In this document: piece by piece, positions 62,450-64,000 of the stretch
Layout: every line of letters begins with the position of its first letter
Numbering within the stretch: the stretch's first letter is position 1
Assembly: GCA_030704615.1 (NCBI GenBank)
Contig: CM060732.1
Coordinates: 31,806,001-31,870,000 of the forward strand
Reading direction: 5' to 3'
DNA from: Takakia lepidozioides
Taxonomy: Eukaryota; Plantae; Bryophyta
Length of the DNA stretch: 64,000 nucleotides
Notes under the pieces: model-generated
The model's database searches: none
Told to the model about the DNA's origin: nothing
What the model saw: only the letters and a program-made list of their open reading frames with translations
Made by a program: the position numbers and the translations under genes

Positions 62450-64000
62450 CATGACAGTTTAGCCATTTCTCCAAGGGGTTTAGCCACGCCAAACTAGGGT
62501 TTGTGTCTTTTGGACTCTAGGCTTATTTGCACCGAGCTATGGCGGTTGTGAAGAAATCAGCAAGGTATTCTTGCTCTTTCGGCTCCCACACACCACCAAT
62601 AGTAGCCCTAAGCCATGAGGAAGAGGTTGCCACAAACCAAGCCTTCTTTCTCACTTAGACTCCCCAAACACGCCACTAAACTCAATGGCAAACAACCAAG
62701 CCTTGCTAGTTTTCAGCCCTTGTGAGCACTCATTCAAGCATTTCCCTTGGCCATAACATCTGTCTTAGAGCCTATTCCAGCCCCCTACACCTGCCACTTC
62801 AAGAGCCATGCTCTATCTAGGCTTGAGGTTGAAACCCCAACTCAGAACACGCTCTACAAGTGTCGGACTGTCACATAAGAGCAGATCAGCCCCTTACCTT
62901 CACTTCTAGTTCTTTAAAGCTTGAAAACAAAAGCCCAATGGACTGAACGCATGCTCCACACATGCCCCACTCTCACCACCAGAGAATCAGCCCCTTTGCT
63001 TTCTTTCTTGCACCCACCAACCTGAAAATACACGCTTCAGCGGGCTGGAAGCATGCTCCACACATGCCCTACAGGGAAACCAGCTTCTTCCTTCCTTTCT
63101 TGCTTGCCCTCCAAGCTTGAAGATGGAAGCTTCAATGCTCCACACATGCTCCACACATGCAACCTCTTCACACAAGAGGTATCAGCCCCCTATCTTGGCT
63201 CCTTAGCTCCTTGATGCTCTCTAAGACAAGACTAAGCACTCCACAGCCTTTGCCAAGCTCCTGAAACCCTAAGGCTTACATTTCCAGCCACAAGACACTC
63301 CTCTTGTGGTGCAAGAGATCTTTTTCCAAGCTCTGAAACCCTAGGTGCACATTCCATGGCCTTGCCGCACCTTTTAGCTTCTGTTCCAATCCTGCTCTTG
63401 CCATGACAAGAGCCCTCTCAATGCTGAAGCTCGAGATTGAAACCCAATCTCAACATACTCCACAAAGTGCACTGATTTGCCCCAAGCCAAATCAGCCCTT
63501 TCGCTTGGTCTTGCAATCCTTCACACAATGAAAGCTCACATTCCCAAGTCCGGTTCTCAGCTTTGCCACCAAAGCCACTATAACCTGCTTTTGACTGGTC
63601 CTCTTCCCAATCATGCTTGCTCATGCATGTACACAATTTGAAACCATCAAGGTGCTCTGGAATTACCTGCAGCATGGTGCTTGAAGATCGAATGCCAAGG
63701 TCTACCACCTCGTAACCCACATCGCCTCCGCTTCTAACAACCAAGAGCTCCACGGTGCTCCTTGCATAACAACCTGGTTTCTCTCATTCTCAAGCAAAAA
63801 CCACAAGTGCTACAACTAACTCGTATCTGGCACTCACAGATACGAGCTCATCTTTCTCAAGTGATAAAGAAGAAGAATACAAGCACAAGCTCATGCGAGC
63901 TCACAAAGCTGAAGCATAAACTCATGCATATATAACCTCATCACTCAAATACAAGTCAAGCCAAGTGCACCCCACGCCATGGGGAATCCACACTATGGCG

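Larger units (their letters stand above)
52398..64000 (-). mobile_element. Ty3/Gypsy LTR retrotransposon carrying DNMT3-like methyltransferase and PHD finger (5' LTR beyond window)
   Basis: Domain order gag, protease (LLDSGA), DNMT, RT (YIDD), RNase H (LHTDWS), integrase (HEELGH...CMVC, SLDFAG, TDQG, LAERVV), PHD. PPT agctaggggggcga lies just before the TG...CA LTR. Confidence 0.93.

Overview
Eukaryotic land-plant DNA. A bryophyte or other non-seed plant is inferred from the PLS-type PPR fragment, the IRKI/GIL1-like gene and the transposon repertoire. One well-supported host gene (a spliced IRK-interacting/GIL1-like gene, minus strand, 458-3250) is followed by about 60 kb of mostly transposable-element DNA. 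This includes a Replitron-like HUH remnant, an ORF1-only LINE, a complete pogo-like element with perfect 25-bp TIRs, Dualen/RandI-like LINE pieces, two L1-type LINEs, CACTA ends, hAT MITEs and a head-to-tail mini-Helitron array. The main observation is a Ty3/Gypsy LTR retrotransposon (52398 to beyond 64000, minus strand). Its pol region carries a complete DNMT3-like cytosine methyltransferase between protease and RT, and a PHD finger after the integrase. Separately, the Dualen-like LINE appears to carry a chromodomain and a PCIF1/CAPAM-like adenine-methyltransferase fold. Two unrelated retroelements here may therefore each pair a methyltransferase with a histone-reader domain. All family assignments come from motif recognition by eye; no database searches were run.
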